Shown: positions 29,299 through 39,234, counted from the first letter of the stretch. The stretch: 64,000 nucleotides of DNA from Pedobacter sp. (GCA_050253415.1 JBFWJC010000001.1:968679-1032678); one strand, 5' to 3'. The notes: generated from the sequence alone by a model not told the origin. A program made the numbers and translations.

Positions 29299-29904
29299 TC
29301 AATCCTGGGCGCGTGGCAAGGCCCAGTTGTAATGAATCGCTAACAGGCGTACGGTTATAACCGTTACGGCAGCGATCAGCAGTGCTACCGAGCGGGTTAT
29401 ACCCAGATGTATGAGTGCAACCAGCAGTGCGCCGCCGGCCAGGCATGCGGAAGCGTAGATCTCCTTACGCAGGATAAGGGGGATCTGGTTGGCCAGTACA
29501 TCGCGTGTGATTCCGCCGGCCGTGGCAGTAATAACACCCATCATGACCGCACCGAGAAATCCAAGGTTAAAATGCAGCGCCTTTTCGGTGCCGATGACGA
29601 CGAAGGTACCCAGGCCGATGGCGTCGAAATAGAGCAGCGGTTGGCGCAGGTTGTCCATATGGCGATACAGCACAAAGGTGAAGAGCGATACCCCGATTGC
29701 CAGATAAAGATAGCTTTCATCCTTGAAACAGAACGGCGGATTGTCGCCCAGCAACAAATCGCGCAGGGTTCCGCCGCCGATGGCGGTCACAAGCCCTAAA
29801 ACCATAACGCCGAACAGGTCCATCCTGCGTCGGATACCAGCCCAGGCCCCGGAGGCAGCAAAGGCGGCAGTGCCGACAAGGTCGAGTGTGTAAAGCAGCG
29901 ACAA
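29299..29904 (-). CDS. Trimeric intracellular cation channel (UPF0126/YadS) family membrane protein
   Basis: Duplicated GGG..RD motifs (AIGGGTLRD, AGGITRD) and DAIGLG; TTG start after GGAGG. Confidence 0.9.
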   Translation of the reverse strand: MSLLYTLDLVGTAAFAASGAWAGIRRRMDLFGVMVLGLVTAIGGGTLRDLLLGDNPPFCFKDESYLYLAIGVSLFTFVLYRHMDNLRQPLLYFDAIGLGTFVVIGTEKALHFNLGFLGAVMMGVITATAGGITRDVLANQIPLILRKEIYASACLAGGALLVALIHLGITRSVALLIAAVTVITVRLLAIHYNWALPRAQD

Positions 29905-30130
29905 GATTACAACCTCCAACGATATGTTTAATGATACCTTTTGACCGGACAATAACAACAGGGCACGTAGCCGAATTGATTGTGATAAGATTAACGCGAT
30001 ATGATAACCGATGACAGGCCGTTCGTTAAATAACTAGTTTCTTATTGGCACGTTTTTTCTCTCTTTTGACTGTTTTTAGCAGAGTCATCCCGGTAGGGCG
30101 CGCCTGCTAAACCTTGAAAAAGGAGTTGGC

Positions 30131-30886
30131 ATGTTCCTGCCTTACGGAGATACCCCCAATCCGATAGCGCCATCGTATGTCAACTGGCTGATTATCGGCC
30201 TTAACATCGCCGTTTTCCTGGCTGTCACGGTGCCTCTCATGCTTGCACGGGTCGATCCGAATGATCCTCTGTTGCTTGAGTATTTACGCAGCTATGGAGC
30301 TCGTGGGTTTGTTTCGACGCAGGATATTATGCAGCATCTGTCTGCCTACGACCTGTTCGTTTTCCGATACGGTTTCAGGCCTGCGGCGCCCTCCCTGGCC
30401 AGTCTTTTTTCCTGCATGTTTCTGCATGGTGGCTGGATGCACCTTGCCGGGAACATGTTGTTTCTGTATATCTTCGGTAACAATGTCGAAGCCCGCCTTG
30501 GCAGCTTGCTTTACCTGCTGGTTTACCTGGTCACTGGCGTGCTGGCAACGCTGTTTTTTGCCCTGTTCGCACCTGGCTCCCAGGTTCCCCTGGTTGGGGC
30601 TTCAGGAGCTATTTCGGGAGTGTTGGGCTGTTATTTTTTATGGTTTCCGCGCAACCGGGTAAAAACTTTCATCTTTCTGTTCCCGTTTTTGATGACAACT
30701 GTGATGCTGCCGGCACGCCTGGTGCTCGGCGTGTACCTGATTCTCGACAACCTGCTGCCTTTTATCGTCAATGGCGGGGCCGGGGCCGGGGTGGCGCATG
30801 GCGCTCATATCGGTGGTTTTCTGGGGGGGCTGGGGTTGGCGTACGGGTTTGATCGATGGCGAGGGGTAACGCGTTTGCGAGTCTGA
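30131..30886 (+). CDS. Rhomboid family intramembrane serine protease
   Basis: MFLHGGWMHLAGNM, GASGAISG and AHIGG. Confidence 0.93.
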   Translation: MFLPYGDTPNPIAPSYVNWLIIGLNIAVFLAVTVPLMLARVDPNDPLLLEYLRSYGARGFVSTQDIMQHLSAYDLFVFRYGFRPAAPSLASLFSCMFLHGGWMHLAGNMLFLYIFGNNVEARLGSLLYLLVYLVTGVLATLFFALFAPGSQVPLVGASGAISGVLGCYFLWFPRNRVKTFIFLFPFLMTTVMLPARLVLGVYLILDNLLPFIVNGGAGAGVAHGAHIGGFLGGLGLAYGFDRWRGVTRLRV

Positions 30887-30922
30887 GCGCAAATAGGGCC
30901 GTCGACTGTGCCGACTGTTTAT

Positions 30923-32689
30923 TTAAAAAGGGAACAACCAGGGAATCAGTAACGAACCGAAGATCCACACCAGTATGTTGAGCGGGGCTCCGGTACGTAT
31001 GAAGTCCGAGAAGCGATATCCCCCAGGGCCCATGACCAGGGCATTGGACTGATGGCTGATGGGGGTCATGAAGCAGGAAGAGGCGGCAATCGCTACAGCC
31101 ATGAAAAACGGCCGAGGAGAGACCTGCAGGGTCAGCGCTGCGTGCAGTGCCACGGGGGCGATCAGAACTGCGGCGGCGGCATGGCTCATGATTTCCGTCA
31201 GCAGGGATGTCAGCAGGAAGAAGGCCGCAAGGACGACCCCCGGGCCCCAGTCACCGACCCCTTGCAGCAGTCGCTCTGCCAACAGGCTGGCGGCACCGCT
31301 GTTTTCCAGAGCCAACCCCAGGGGCAAGGTGCCGGCAATCAGGATGATGATGCGCCAGTCTATCGATTCGTAGGCCTCCTGCACGGTTAAACAGCGGCTC
31401 AGGACCATAGCCACCGCTCCGAAAGGAGCCGCCAGGGTGATCGGCAGAATTTCTGTGGTGGTCAGCAGAATCACCGCGGCCAGCACCATCAACGCCATCG
31501 GCGCCTGGCGCGGACGGTAAGGCACCGGGGCTACGCCGCCCAGCAACAGAAACCCGTGCTCCCGCCCCAAATGCATGACCCCCTCTTCGGCACCCTGCAG
31601 CAGCAACACATCACCGAACCGCAATTCCACATGATCGACTTTTTTCACCACCGGCGCGCCCTGGCGCCACAGGGCCAGCACGTTGAGCCCATAGGTTTCC
31701 CGGAACCGTACCTGGCGCAGGGTTTTGCCGACCATCTCGCTGTTAGGCGTCAGGGATGCTTCCACCACCAAAAGTTCTTTTCCGCGGTGTGGCGGAGGGT
31801 TGTCACGTTCGGGGAGCAGTCGCAACCCCTTGGCGGCCATTACTTTGAGAATCCCCTGGGGATTTCCTTCCAGAAAAAGGATGTCGCCTACACGCAGTTT
31901 GCGGTTACGGCGAGGTTGGGGAACTTTTTCCCTGCCGCGAAGGATGGCGCGTACCTGCAGCTGAAAATCCCTCTCCAGGCCGCTGCCGGCGATGGTCTGG
32001 GAAGCGATTGGCGAATCCGGCAGAATTTCAACCTGGGTGATGTACTCCTTGACCTGGTAGGCTTCGGTCAACTTACCTGATTTGCGTGTGGGCAGTAGTT
32101 TCCTGCCGAACAGGGCCATATAGCTGATGCCAGCCACGACCAGCACCAACCCGAGGGGGCTGAAGGTAAACATGCTAAAACGCTCACCGGTGTATTCCTG
32201 AAGCAGAACATTCATCAGGATATTCGGTGGTGTGCCGACCAAGGTGCAGACGCCTCCAAGCAGTGAGCCATAGGCAAGAGGTATGAGCATTTTTGAAGGG
32301 CTCAGATGCAGTCGCCGGCATACCTCGAGCACTACCGGCATGAGTACCGCGGTGGCGCCGATGTTGTTAATGAAGGCTGAAAACAGCGCAACGCTGGCCA
32401 TGATGATGGCGGTAAGACGCATTTCGCTGCCGCCCGCCAGACGGATCAGGTACTCGCCAGCTTTACCCAGGGCCCCGGTGTGAGTGATGCCGCAGCTGAT
32501 CACAAACATGGCCGCAACGGTAATCACGGCAGGGTTTGCGAAGCCACTCAGAGCCTCGGGCACCGAAACCATGCCGGTAATGGCCAGAGCCAGGAGGACC
32601 AACATGGATACCACATCCATGGGAAGCCATTCGGTGGCGAACAGTAAAATGGCTACGAGCAGGATGCAAAGGGTCAAGGCGATGGCCAT
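30923..32689 (-). CDS. SLC13 family permease with TrkA-C (RCK) domains
   Basis: SAFINN, GGVCTLVGTPPN, two RCK-C repeats and FMTPISHQSN. Confidence 0.9.
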   Translation of the reverse strand: MAIALTLCILLVAILLFATEWLPMDVVSMLVLLALAITGMVSVPEALSGFANPAVITVAAMFVISCGITHTGALGKAGEYLIRLAGGSEMRLTAIIMASVALFSAFINNIGATAVLMPVVLEVCRRLHLSPSKMLIPLAYGSLLGGVCTLVGTPPNILMNVLLQEYTGERFSMFTFSPLGLVLVVAGISYMALFGRKLLPTRKSGKLTEAYQVKEYITQVEILPDSPIASQTIAGSGLERDFQLQVRAILRGREKVPQPRRNRKLRVGDILFLEGNPQGILKVMAAKGLRLLPERDNPPPHRGKELLVVEASLTPNSEMVGKTLRQVRFRETYGLNVLALWRQGAPVVKKVDHVELRFGDVLLLQGAEEGVMHLGREHGFLLLGGVAPVPYRPRQAPMALMVLAAVILLTTTEILPITLAAPFGAVAMVLSRCLTVQEAYESIDWRIIILIAGTLPLGLALENSGAASLLAERLLQGVGDWGPGVVLAAFFLLTSLLTEIMSHAAAAVLIAPVALHAALTLQVSPRPFFMAVAIAASSCFMTPISHQSNALVMGPGGYRFSDFIRTGAPLNILVWIFGSLLIPWLFPF

Positions 32690-32776
32690 AATGCCTCTGT
32701 GTCGGGTCTGAAGGATTTGAAAGAGATAGGAAAAGTTTAAAGCGAAGGAGCGGGGTTACAAGGGGGAAAGGGAAAT

Positions 32777-33409
32777 TCAGTCCATTTCCGCGCGCAGAGA
32801 TCGTGCAGTGGAGGCAGGGTCGGATGATTTGAGAAGGGCAGAAATCAGAGCGATACCGGCAGCACCGGCAGAGCGCACTTCGCGAATGCGGTCCTGGCAA
32901 ATGCCTCCCAGTGCCAATACCGGCAATGGACTGGCGTCGCAGGCACGTCGCAGGGCGTCTACTCCCTGGGGCTCGCCGTAAGGGGCTTTGGAAGGCGTAA
33001 AATAGATGGGGCTGAAAGTGACGAAGTCAGCGCCTTCCGCTGCGGCCTGAACGATGTCTTCCACCCGGTGGGTGGAGCGCCCGATAATGGCTTGGTTACC
33101 GAGAATCCGGCGCGCCACGGCCGTGGGCAGGGAATGTTCACCAAGATGAACGCCATCAGCCCCGACCGCTACAGCAATGTCGATACGATCGTTAATGAGC
33201 AGGCTGGCGGAATAACGCGCCGTCAAAGATTTCAGATCCAGGGCCAAGCGGTAAAGTTCGTCGGACGGCAGATCTTTTTCACGCAGTTGCAGGGCGCGCA
33301 GGCCGCCAGCCAGGGCCCGCTCGATGATTCCCAGCAAGCTGTTTCCCTCGGGGATCAGTTTGCGGTCGGTAATCAGGTAGAGGCGGAACGCGTCTATGTC
33401 AAAGGTCAT
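32777..33409 (-). CDS. thiE: Thiamine phosphate synthase
   Basis: LYLITD, LQLREK, INDRID, GVHLG, RSTH, TPSK and ALGGI; start at 33409 or 33418. Confidence 0.92.
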   Translation of the reverse strand: MTFDIDAFRLYLITDRKLIPEGNSLLGIIERALAGGLRALQLREKDLPSDELYRLALDLKSLTARYSASLLINDRIDIAVAVGADGVHLGEHSLPTAVARRILGNQAIIGRSTHRVEDIVQAAAEGADFVTFSPIYFTPSKAPYGEPQGVDALRRACDASPLPVLALGGICQDRIREVRSAGAAGIALISALLKSSDPASTARSLRAEMD

Positions 33410-34535
33410 GGGGGGCATCCGATGTTTGCTCCAGAAACGCCCCGTCCCAGTCCTTCCACACCGGCTCATAGCCTTTGGCACGCAGCATGGCGCAGACCTG
33501 CTCGGCATCGCGGTCATCATCGATGGCGAACTGCTCGCCGCCGTCCCCCTCCTGCCCGTACCCCCCAGGTGCGGTGCTGGAGCCGGCGCTGAGCTGGGTA
33601 ATCCCAAGCGGCAGCAGATGATCGCGCAGCTCGGCACTTTCGCGGGTCGATAACACCAGCCCCGCATCGGGGATCAACAGTCGCAAAGCGCAGATCAACT
33701 GCACCAGAGCGCTGTCGGCCACCGGCGCCAGCGGTTCGAAGCCGCCGCCGGCCGGACGCATGCGCGGAAACGATACGTTCACGCGGCTGCGCCACCAGGT
33801 GCGCGCCAGGTGGCGGGCATGCATGCCGACAATAAAACCCTCGATGCGCCAGTCGCTCAGACCCAGCAAAGCGCCGACGCCGATGGAGCGCAGACCCGCC
33901 GCGCCGCCGCGATCCGGGGTGGTCAGCCGCCAGTCGAAATCCTTTTTGCGCCCGAAGGGATGCAGTTTGTCGTACAGTTCACGGTCGTAGGTTTCCTGGT
34001 AGACCGTCAGGTTGTCCACCCCGGCCGCCACCATCTGCCGGTAGCCGGCCTCGTCCATCGGATAGACTTCCAGGCTGATGGAGGCAAACAGCGGACGGAT
34101 GCGCCGTACCACCGCCACCAGCAGATCGTTGTCCACCCCCCGCGCTTCGCCGGTGAGCAGCTGGATATGGCGAAAGCCGCGCTGGCGCAGGATGCGGGCC
34201 TCGGTTTCGACTTCTTCCAGGCTCAGGGTGCGGCGCGGCACGTCGTTGGCGGCATTGAAGCCGCAGTACAGGCAGCCGTTGCTGCATTCGTTGGAGACAT
34301 ACAGCGGCGCATAGAGCTGGATGGTCTTGCCGAAACGCTGCTGGGTCAAACGATGGGCTTTTTGTGCCAGCGGTTCCAGGTAATCCCTGGCTGCCGGCGA
34401 CAGCAGCGCCATGAAATCAGCGCTGCGCAGGTGTTCCGTCGCCAGCGCCCGCTCCACGTCGCTGGCCCGACAGGCCGCAATCTGCCGGGCCAGCTCGGTG
34501 CGATCGTAGCTGTTGAATTCTTTTAAGAAGTTCAC
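33399..34535 (-). CDS. thiH: 2-iminoacetate synthase (radical SAM)
   Basis: YAPLYVSNECSNGCLYCGF (CxxxCxxC), YQETY and STRES; GTG start just after the thiG stop. Confidence 0.94.
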   Translation of the reverse strand: MNFLKEFNSYDRTELARQIAACRASDVERALATEHLRSADFMALLSPAARDYLEPLAQKAHRLTQQRFGKTIQLYAPLYVSNECSNGCLYCGFNAANDVPRRTLSLEEVETEARILRQRGFRHIQLLTGEARGVDNDLLVAVVRRIRPLFASISLEVYPMDEAGYRQMVAAGVDNLTVYQETYDRELYDKLHPFGRKKDFDWRLTTPDRGGAAGLRSIGVGALLGLSDWRIEGFIVGMHARHLARTWWRSRVNVSFPRMRPAGGGFEPLAPVADSALVQLICALRLLIPDAGLVLSTRESAELRDHLLPLGITQLSAGSSTAPGGYGQEGDGGEQFAIDDDRDAEQVCAMLRAKGYEPVWKDWDGAFLEQTSDAPHDL

Positions 34536-34537
34536 GA

Positions 34538-35308
34538 TCAATCCCTCAAAAATCCTGTCAGGGGGCTGGACGCTTCGGCCCGCTGTTGTTGCGCCGGCAG
34601 TCCGGCCAGGTAGGCGCGACGGCCCGCCTCCACCCCGAGGCGAAAGGCGTGGGCCATGCCGGCCGGATCGGGGGTGACGGCCAGGGCGGTATTCACCAGC
34701 ACCGCGTCGGCCCCCATCTCCATGGCTTCGGCGGCGTGGGACGGCGCGCCCAGACCGGCGTCGACCACCACCGGCACGATGGCCTGCTCGATGATGATGG
34801 CGATACTGTCGCGGGTACGCACCCCCTTGTTGGTACCGATCGGCGCGCCCAGCGGCATCACCGTGGCGGTACCGGCTTCCTGCAGGTGCTTGGCCAGCAC
34901 CGGGTCGGCGTTGATGTAGGGCAGCACCACGAACCCTTCCTTGACCAGAATCTCGGCGGCCTTGAGGGTTTCGATGGGATCGGGCAGCAGGTAATAGGGA
35001 TCGGGGGTGACCTCCAGCTTGACCCACGGCTCGCAGCCGGCGGCCCGCGCCAGGCGTGCCAGGCGTACCGCTTCTTCGGCGTTGCGGGCGCCGCTGGTGT
35101 TGGGCAGCAGCAGGTATTTGTCGCGGTCGATATGGGCCAGCAGGTCGTCGTCGGGCCGTTCGATGTCGACGCGACGCAAGGCGACGGTGACGATCTGCGA
35201 GCCGGAGGCGGACAGGGCATCGGCCATCAGGGCGTTGGAAGCGAACTTTCCGGTCCCGACCATCAGGCGGGAGGAAAAACTGCGGCCGGCAATGACGAGA
35301 TTATCCAT
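34538..35308 (-). CDS. thiG: Thiazole synthase
   Basis: [29 protein letters not shown] and ASSP. Confidence 0.97.
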   Translation of the reverse strand: MDNLVIAGRSFSSRLMVGTGKFASNALMADALSASGSQIVTVALRRVDIERPDDDLLAHIDRDKYLLLPNTSGARNAEEAVRLARLARAAGCEPWVKLEVTPDPYYLLPDPIETLKAAEILVKEGFVVLPYINADPVLAKHLQEAGTATVMPLGAPIGTNKGVRTRDSIAIIIEQAIVPVVVDAGLGAPSHAAEAMEMGADAVLVNTALAVTPDPAGMAHAFRLGVEAGRRAYLAGLPAQQQRAEASSPLTGFLRD

Positions 35309-35333
35309 GGGTATATCCTCTTTAAGGCGGGGT

Positions 35334-35534
35334 TTAACCCCCGCCGACAAATTGTACGATCTCCAGGCGATCGCCGTCGTTCAGCGCGGTAGCGGCGAAG
35401 CTGTCCTGCGGCACGATGGTGCCGTTATGCTCGATGGCCACCCGCGTCGGGTCGAGTTGCAGATGCTGAAGCAATTCGGGCAGAGTGGCCAGGGGTGGAT
35501 AGTTGCGGGTGTTGCCGTTGAGAGTAAGGTTCAC
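35334..35534 (-). CDS. thiS: Sulfur carrier protein ThiS
   Basis: LNG...VAIEHN...[13 protein letters not shown] with C-terminal GG. Confidence 0.93.
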   Translation of the reverse strand: MNLTLNGNTRNYPPLATLPELLQHLQLDPTRVAIEHNGTIVPQDSFAATALNDGDRLEIVQFVGGG

Positions 35535-35553
35535 TTTGTCATCCGTCCTGTGG

Positions 35554-36360
35554 TCAAGCGGGAGCTTCGCCAAGCAGCAACTGCAACACGGCGTTGGCCT
35601 GATGATGCGCGGCCACCCCCACGCGGGGCGCCATCAAACCGGTGCCGGGTGCTGCGGCCGTTTCACCATCGCCCACCAGGTACAAATTGCCGATGGCCCG
35701 ACGAGTGACGATAGTATTGGCCGGCCCGGCACCCGCCACGCCTGAGGCCGCAACCAGCGGTTTCTCAGGAAAGCGGGATAAAAAGGTTTCGGTAAGCATT
35801 GCCTTGGCCTGCGGATCGTCGAAAGCTTCCACCATGACGTCGACCCCGCCGAAGGTGGTGGCTACATTGTCGCGAGTCAACCTCATCACATGGGTGACGA
35901 GTTCCACTCCCGGGTTGATGCGTGCCAGGGTCGCGGCAAGTGCTTCAACCTTGAACATGCCTATCTGGTCGATGAAATACATCTGGCGGTTCAGGTTGGA
36001 TGGTTCCACTACGTCGTAATCGGCCAGCACCAGTCGCCCTACACCGCTACGTGCCAGAGCGACGGCAATAGGTGAACCGAGTCCGCCGACTCCGGCAATA
36101 CCGACAGTTGCCTGCTTGATACGGGCATGGACGCCGGGGGTATGACGTGCAACCAGCAGGGTTTCCAGTTCTTCAGCTGAAGGGATTTCTCCTCGCCGAA
36201 TCAGCACCATGCGGTCCCCGTCATTCAATGACTGATCCGAAGATGCCGGAAAACCGTTGAGAATGACGACGTCCGCTTGCGGTTTGATACGATCACGGGT
36301 TTCAAACAGTTTGGCACCTTGCGGTATGTCGTGAAGTTGTTCGTTTACCCAGATATGCAT
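35554..36360 (-). CDS. thiF: ThiS adenylyltransferase ThiF with an N-terminal ubiquitin-like segment
   Basis: GIAGVGGLGS, DYDVVEPSNLNRQ and EAFD; N-terminal MHIWVNE...LNG...LNDGD. Confidence 0.9.
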   Translation of the reverse strand: MHIWVNEQLHDIPQGAKLFETRDRIKPQADVVILNGFPASSDQSLNDGDRMVLIRRGEIPSAEELETLLVARHTPGVHARIKQATVGIAGVGGLGSPIAVALARSGVGRLVLADYDVVEPSNLNRQMYFIDQIGMFKVEALAATLARINPGVELVTHVMRLTRDNVATTFGGVDVMVEAFDDPQAKAMLTETFLSRFPEKPLVAASGVAGAGPANTIVTRRAIGNLYLVGDGETAAAPGTGLMAPRVGVAAHHQANAVLQLLLGEAPA

Positions 36361-36375
36361 AAAGATGGTGTCCCC

Positions 36376-36404
36376 AAAAACAAAAGGCCGCAATACGCGA
36401 CCTT
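36376..36404 (-). terminator. Terminator of the TPP riboswitch expression platform
   Basis: Minus strand AAGGTCGCG-TAT-TGCGGCCTT followed by TTGTTTTT, between the aptamer and thiF. Confidence 0.6.
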
Positions 36405-36431
36405 GGCGGAACCGGTAAGTTCTGCTGTTGC

Positions 36432-36522
36432 GCCGCTTCCCTACGCCGGCATGATCCGGATCAGGTACGAAGGGTTGTTCCGCAAGTGCGAAACTCTCAG
36501 TTTTGCAACTCCCCCAGGGCTG
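36432..36522 (-). ncRNA. TPP riboswitch
   Basis: Minus strand GGGGAG...CTGAGA...ACCCTT..ACCTGATCCGGATCATGCCGGCGTAGGGAA upstream of the thi operon. Confidence 0.95.
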
Positions 36523-36546
36523 AGCTAGCATGTGTTTACAATGAAT

Positions 36547-36576
36547 AAAGTAGCAGCAGGTCAGGGTTTTCGTCAA
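36547..36576 (-). promoter_or_regulatory. Putative sigma70 promoter of the thi operon
   Basis: TTGACG-18 nt-TACTTT just upstream of the riboswitch. Confidence 0.5.
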
Positions 36577-36893
36577 TGTTTAACTTGGTGGAGGACGTGG
36601 CAATCAGACTTCCGCTGCGTTGGTATACAGTATTTGACTTTATGGGAATCGCTATCGGGTCGAAATCAAAAAGCATCGCCCCTGGATTCCAAAAATCGGA
36701 TACAAAAGATCTTGATACCCTGGTAAATCCCAAGTCTCACAGCCGGTCAGGGTGCGATCCCGATCCGATTTTGACATCGATTCTTTACTCAATAGAGGAT
36801 TTGTGAAGTTTGTTGTCAGTAGGTGTTGTCCCTGACCCCCGGATGTGGTTAAAATGTGCAGCGTTGCATCGATAATTATTTTAAGGAGTCTCC

Positions 36894-37196
36894 ATGAACA
36901 TCTCAGACCGTTACCGCGCCCTGGTGGACGAAGTGCGTAATTTACAGAACGCTTCCGGTGCATCTCAAGCCGAGCGCCTGTTAGCCCAGGCCGTACAGGA
37001 ACTTGCCCTCCATGAAGAAGGGGTTGGCGAAATTCCCCAGATGCGGTTGGAGAATGAATTGACCCCCGTATTACTCAAGGCCTATAACTCTCTCGACCGT
37101 GCCCGCTTGTTGTTCGATGAAGTCGGTGAAGAGGATCGGGTTGGTGCTATCTGGGAGACCGAACAGAAAATCTACCGTTTGCTCAATTCCCTCTAA
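36894..37196 (+). CDS. Hypothetical helical protein (100 aa)
   Basis: AAGGAG RBS and protein-like composition. Confidence 0.75.
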   Translation: MNISDRYRALVDEVRNLQNASGASQAERLLAQAVQELALHEEGVGEIPQMRLENELTPVLLKAYNSLDRARLLFDEVGEEDRVGAIWETEQKIYRLLNSL

Positions 37197-37343
37197 GGAC
37201 TTCGTCCCCCGGATTATTCGCTTATTGCCATCCGACAGTTGCATGTTGGCGCCGTTCTTTTAGAGTTATAGAAAGGCTGCGGTACTGTGGATTCCCCGTA
37301 ACGATTACGGGGCACTGGCTACCGGTGGAAAGGAGAGCAATAT

Positions 37344-37529
37344 ATGTCCCTGGTGAAAACCTGGTATACGCCGGAAGAAGCGGTAGACATGTTTGGTATC
37401 AGCAATGCTCTTTTGCTCAAATGGGTGGACGACGGGCTGGTTCGTAGCGAGCGGGAACATGGCAAGGTCGCCCGGGTCAATATCGATGACGTTAAATTGC
37501 AGGTCGATGTGATGGTGCATCGTGACTGA
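37344..37529 (+). CDS. Small MerR/excisionase-like HTH protein
   Basis: WYTPEEAVDMFGIS...KWVDDGLV; AAGGAG RBS. Confidence 0.75.
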   Translation: MSLVKTWYTPEEAVDMFGISNALLLKWVDDGLVRSEREHGKVARVNIDDVKLQVDVMVHRD

Positions 37530-37566
37530 TGGAAACATTCGTACAGAAGCATAGGTGATGCTGCTG

Positions 37567-37604
37567 AAAAAACGGCTTTCAGATATCTGAAAGCCGTTTT
37601 TTTT
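37567..37604. terminator. Bidirectional intrinsic terminator
   Basis: AAAAAACGGCTTTCAGATATCTGAAAGCCGTTTTTTTT, a perfect palindrome between convergent genes. Confidence 0.8.
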
Positions 37605-37644
37605 AATCATCATTCAAGTCCGTTAAAAGTGTTCCGCGATGCTA

Positions 37645-38712
37645 TCAGGAGATCGCTCGACCACCGCATTTTTTAAGCTGTTTGTGGGCATAACGCAGCA
37701 TGCGTTCGGTGGTTTCCCAGTCGACGCACTTGTCGGTAATCGAAACACCGTATTTCAGCTGTTTGATATCCGCACACAGATTTTGATTGCCGGCTTCCAG
37801 GTTGCTCTCGACCATCAAGGAACAGATGGAGCGATTGCCTGCTACCACCTGTTCGAGGGCGTTGACCATGACTTCTTCCTGGCGCGCATGATCTTTGTAG
37901 GAATTGGCGTGACTGCAATCGACCATGATGGCTTGCGTCAGGCCGGCCCGATCCAGCATGTTTTCGGCTTCAGCGATATTTTCCGGGTAATAATTGGGTT
38001 TGCCGCCTCCGCCGCGCAACACGATATGGGTGTCGGGGTTGCCGGTGGTTTCGACGATGGAGGTGCGGCCGTCGCGGCAGATACCGAGGAAGCTATGCGG
38101 GTGGCAGGCTGCGCCAATGGCATCGATGGCGATTTGCAGGCTGCCGTCGGTGCCGTTTTTGAACCCGACCGGAAACGACAGGCCGCTGGCCATCTCACGG
38201 TGGGGTTGGGATTCCGAGGTGCGGGCTCCGATGGCTCCCCAGCTGATCAAGTCGGACAGGTACTGAATAATAATGGGGTCGAGCATTTCGGTGGCGATGG
38301 GCAGCCCCATTTGCGTGATGGCACATAGCAGGCCGCGGGCCACACCGAGACCTTTGGAAATCTGGTGCGTGCCGTTAAGGTCGGGATCGTTGATCAGGCC
38401 TTTCCAGCCGATGGTGGTGCGTGGTTTTTCAAAGTAGGCACGCATGACCAGAAACAGTTGATCATCCAATTCCTGTTTCAGGGCAGCCAGGCGTTCCGCA
38501 TACTCGATGGCCGCCTTGGTGTCGTGAATGGAGCATGGCCCGACAACGACCATGATGCGGGGATCTTGCTGCTTGAGGATGGCCCTGATCGTCTGACGGC
38601 TGGTCATGACGAATTCAGCCGCTTGATCTCCAAGTGGGAATACCTGCTTCAGGTCGGCTGGTGCAATAATAGGGGTCAGCGCGCGAACGTTAAGATTGGT
38701 GGTCCGGATCAT
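37645..38712 (-). CDS. DAHP synthase, class I-alpha (AroF/G/H type)
   Basis: GPCSIHD, FEKPRTTIGWKG, IGARTSESQ, GFKNGTDG, DCSHANS and SITD. Confidence 0.96.
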   Translation of the reverse strand: MIRTTNLNVRALTPIIAPADLKQVFPLGDQAAEFVMTSRQTIRAILKQQDPRIMVVVGPCSIHDTKAAIEYAERLAALKQELDDQLFLVMRAYFEKPRTTIGWKGLINDPDLNGTHQISKGLGVARGLLCAITQMGLPIATEMLDPIIIQYLSDLISWGAIGARTSESQPHREMASGLSFPVGFKNGTDGSLQIAIDAIGAACHPHSFLGICRDGRTSIVETTGNPDTHIVLRGGGGKPNYYPENIAEAENMLDRAGLTQAIMVDCSHANSYKDHARQEEVMVNALEQVVAGNRSICSLMVESNLEAGNQNLCADIKQLKYGVSITDKCVDWETTERMLRYAHKQLKKCGGRAIS

Positions 38713-38786
38713 AGCGGTTCCTTGTCTGTTGGCTGGTCATGGATTACCTCCGCTGGTGGCGGTATCCCCGAGCTGGCGAAGCCAAA

Positions 38787-38815
38787 AATGTAGCGGTTTT
38801 TTCAATGTTTGTCAA
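38787..38815 (-). promoter_or_regulatory. Putative sigma70 promoter for DAHP synthase
   Basis: TTGACA-17 nt-TACATT. Confidence 0.55.
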
Positions 38816-38855
38816 AGGTTGACGCCTCTAACCTGTTTTTGATTTGCTGAAAGCG

Positions 38856-38885
38856 TTGACACCCTGCCTGCGGTTTGGGTATAAA
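38856..38885 (+). promoter_or_regulatory. Putative sigma70 promoter for yggT-divIVA-yggU
   Basis: TTGACA-18 nt-TATAAA. Confidence 0.55.
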
Positions 38886-38938
38886 TTGAGTTAATTATCT
38901 AGAAAAACGATAAAAATTCTTTCCAGCGAGGTTGTGTC

Positions 38939-39220
38939 GTGGGTATTGTTCAAGGGCTGCAGGTTACGCTTATTCAAATGTTTGCCTCCATTTTTGAGAT
39001 CTATGCCTATATCGTGGTGGCACGGGCGATTCTTTCCTGGGTCAGTCCCGATCCCTATAATCCCATCGTGCGGTTTCTTTACAGTGCCACCGAGCCGGTA
39101 TTGCAACGCATGCGCCGGGTCCTCCCCCTGCAATTCAGCGGTATCGACTTTACGCCGATGGTGTTGATATTTGCTTTGTTTTTCGTCAGTAATTTTCTGC
39201 GCACTCTGATTTACCGCTAA
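38939..39220 (+). CDS. YggT family membrane protein
   Basis: RAILSWVSPDPYNP, TEPVL..RR and GIDFTP. Confidence 0.92.
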   Translation: MGIVQGLQVTLIQMFASIFEIYAYIVVARAILSWVSPDPYNPIVRFLYSATEPVLQRMRRVLPLQFSGIDFTPMVLIFALFFVSNFLRTLIYR

Positions 39221-39234
39221 ACAGGAACCTATCC

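Noticed and set aside
30045..30062. Sigma54 promoter TTGGCACG upstream of the rhomboid gene
   Set aside because: The -24 element matches but the -12 element reads TTCT instead of TTGC.
33399..35027. 542-aa ThiH with a long N-terminal extension, or a thiG-thiH frameshift fusion
   Set aside because: The extension overlaps thiG out of frame; a GTG at 34535 right after the thiG stop gives a normal-length ThiH.
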